Below, in pieces: positions 36,090-37,610 of a stretch of 37,610 bases of DNA. The stretch is from Candidatus Heimdallarchaeota archaeon (lineage in GTDB: Archaea > Asgardarchaeota > Heimdallarchaeia > Heimdallarchaeales > Heimdallarchaeaceae): positions 1-37,610 of the forward strand of contig DAOVET010000021.1 of NCBI GenBank assembly GCA_030668825.1. Direction: 5' to 3'. A program made the translations under genes and the position numbers. The notes below the pieces were generated by a model, which saw only the letters and a list, made by a program, of their open reading frames with translations, had not been told where the DNA came from and did not search any database. Numbering within the stretch: position 1 is the first letter of the stretch; each line of letters opens with the position of its first letter.

Positions 36090-36275
36090 TTTTAACCATC
36101 AAGCCTCCTTTTTTATCTATTTTTGCTTGATTTTTGTTTCATTAAAAGATTCTATGGTTATATATAGTTAATTAACTATATTTTATTGCTAACTAGGAAG
36201 AAAACAAACCATTATATAGTTACAATCTAACCAAAAAATAGATTATAATATAATCCACAGTCTGAGGAATTATCG

Positions 36276-37610
36276 ATGGTTGAAAAAGAAATTACCCTTA
36301 GGGTGGCTGAAGCTAAACAAAGAGATGTTGGACGAGGGAAGGTTAGATTAGACAGCATGGCTATGTCCAAAATTGGTGTTTCCACAGGAGATATTGTAGA
36401 AATAGTCGGAAAACGTTCAACAACTGCTGTAGCGTGGCCTTCATATCCTGAAGATCTCAAAAAAGAGATAATTAGATGTGATGGTGTTATTCGTAGAAAT
36501 GCAGGAGTTTCTCTTGGTGATAAAGTAGTCGTCAAGAAAGCAAAAGTTAGTGTTGCTAGACAAGTAACTCTTGCTCCTGAACAAATGTCAGTCAATATTG
36601 ATTTTAGCTTTGAAAATTTTGTTAAAAGAAAATTGTTAGGTCAACCATTATCAAGAAAAGATACTGTACTAATTCCAATCCTCGGAAGAGCAATACCTTT
36701 TAACGTAGTTAGTACTGTACCTTCCGGAATAGTTGTAGTAACAGAAGGTACTCAACTCAAAGTAGCTGAAAAACCATTAGTTGAAGGCGCAAAAACTGCC
36801 CCAAGTATTTCTTATGAAGACATAGGGGGGCTTCATCAAGAAATTCAAAAAATACGTGAAATGGTAGAGCTTCCACTTAAATTTCCTCAATTATTCGAAA
36901 AACTAGGAATTGATCCCCCCAAAGGTGTGTTGCTGCACGGACCTCCTGGTTGTGGAAAAACATTGATCGCAAGAGCAGTAGCTAACGAATCAGAAGCTCA
37001 TTTTATAGTGATAAACGGTCCAGAGATTATGTCCAAATTTTATGGTGAATCAGAACAGCGTCTGAGAAGTATTTTCAAAGATGCGGAAGATAATTCACCA
37101 AGTATAGTTTTCATAGATGAGTTAGATGCTATTGCACCAAAACGAGAAGATGTTACTGGTGAAGTTGAACGACGAGTAGTTGCTCAATTGCTAGCTCTAA
37201 TGGATGGGCTCATTGCTCGAGGACAAGTTATTGTGATAGGGGCTACTAATCGACCAAACGCGGTTGATCCTGCACTGAGAAGACCTGGAAGATTTGATAG
37301 AGAAATAGAAATCCATGTTCCTGATAGAGATAGTAGAGAAGAGATTTTACTCATCCATACAAGAGGTATGCCTCTCGCACAAGATGTTGAATTAAAAAAA
37401 CTTTCTGATGTAACTCACGGTTACGTTGGAGCTGATTTGGAAGCTTTAAGCAGAGAAGCCGCTATGAAGACTCTAAGAAGAGTTCTACCATCGGTTAATC
37501 TTGAAGAAGAAAGTATACCTTCAGAAGTCTTAGATCAACTTGAAGTAACACATGAAGATTTTGTTCTAGCTTTCAAAGAGATTACTCCAACAGCTATAAG
37601 AGAAGTTTTC
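36276..37610 (+). CDS. cdc48: CDC48/VCP family AAA+ ATPase, 3'-truncated by the window edge
   Basis: Missing from the ORF track because it has no stop in the window. Reads [26 protein letters not shown]..., YEDIGGL, Walker A GPPGCGKT, Walker B IVFIDELD, and [21 protein letters not shown]. Confidence 0.97.
   Translation, partial: MVEKEITLRVAEAKQRDVGRGKVRLDSMAMSKIGVSTGDIVEIVGKRSTTAVAWPSYPEDLKKEIIRCDGVIRRNAGVSLGDKVVVKKAKVSVARQVTLAPEQMSVNIDFSFENFVKRKLLGQPLSRKDTVLIPILGRAIPFNVVSTVPSGIVVVTEGTQLKVAEKPLVEGAKTAPSISYEDIGGLHQEIQKIREMVELPLKFPQLFEKLGIDPPKGVLLHGPPGCGKTLIARAVANESEAHFIVINGPEIMSKFYGESEQRLRSIFKDAEDNSPSIVFIDELDAIAPKREDVTGEVERRVVAQLLALMDGLIARGQVIVIGATNRPNAVDPALRRPGRFDREIEIHVPDRDSREEILLIHTRGMPLAQDVELKKLSDVTHGYVGADLEALSREAAMKTLRRVLPSVNLEEESIPSEVLDQLEVTHEDFVLAFKEITPTAIREVF

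Noticed and set aside
36227-36595. 122-aa minus-strand ORF
   Set aside because: Antisense shadow of the cdc48 N-domain.
1-37610. CRISPR arrays, rRNA, IS elements, proviral genes, Sec/Pyl read-through
   Set aside because: No regularly spaced repeats, transposase or integrase motifs, long GC-rich RNA segments, or in-frame stops splitting a recognisable domain were seen by eye.

Overview
An AT-rich, gene-dense archaeal chromosomal segment, most consistent with an Asgard archaeon (Heimdallarchaeia-like). This is inferred from gene content: EF-1beta with DUF1610, ArcS/RaSEA, CTP-dependent riboflavin kinase, FEN1, CDC48, GGTGA Shine-Dalgarno motifs, and multiple longin/roadblock proteins. It holds about 37 CDSs (both end genes truncated) and two intron-less tRNA-Lys genes (UUU and CUU) that share an identical 19-bp promoter. 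Housekeeping content covers isoprenoid lipid synthesis (GGR, GGPP synthase, UppS), tRNA modification (ArcS, RaSEA, Trm5, Trm11-like), flavin synthesis (HTH-RibK, HTH-RibL), translin, a GPN GTPase, Pcm, FEN1 and CDC48. The most notable content is a dispersed set of eukaryote-like membrane/GTPase-regulatory proteins: a stand-alone cytoplasmic C2-like protein behind a tandem V4R/Bet3-fold protein, a longin-roadblock fusion facing a histidine pseudokinase, a double-longin protein, an MglB-type roadblock, and a dynein-light-chain-roadblock-like gene paired with an MglA-type GTPase. No CRISPR array, rRNA, integrase or transposase was seen. All family calls come from reading motifs by eye; no database searches were run.
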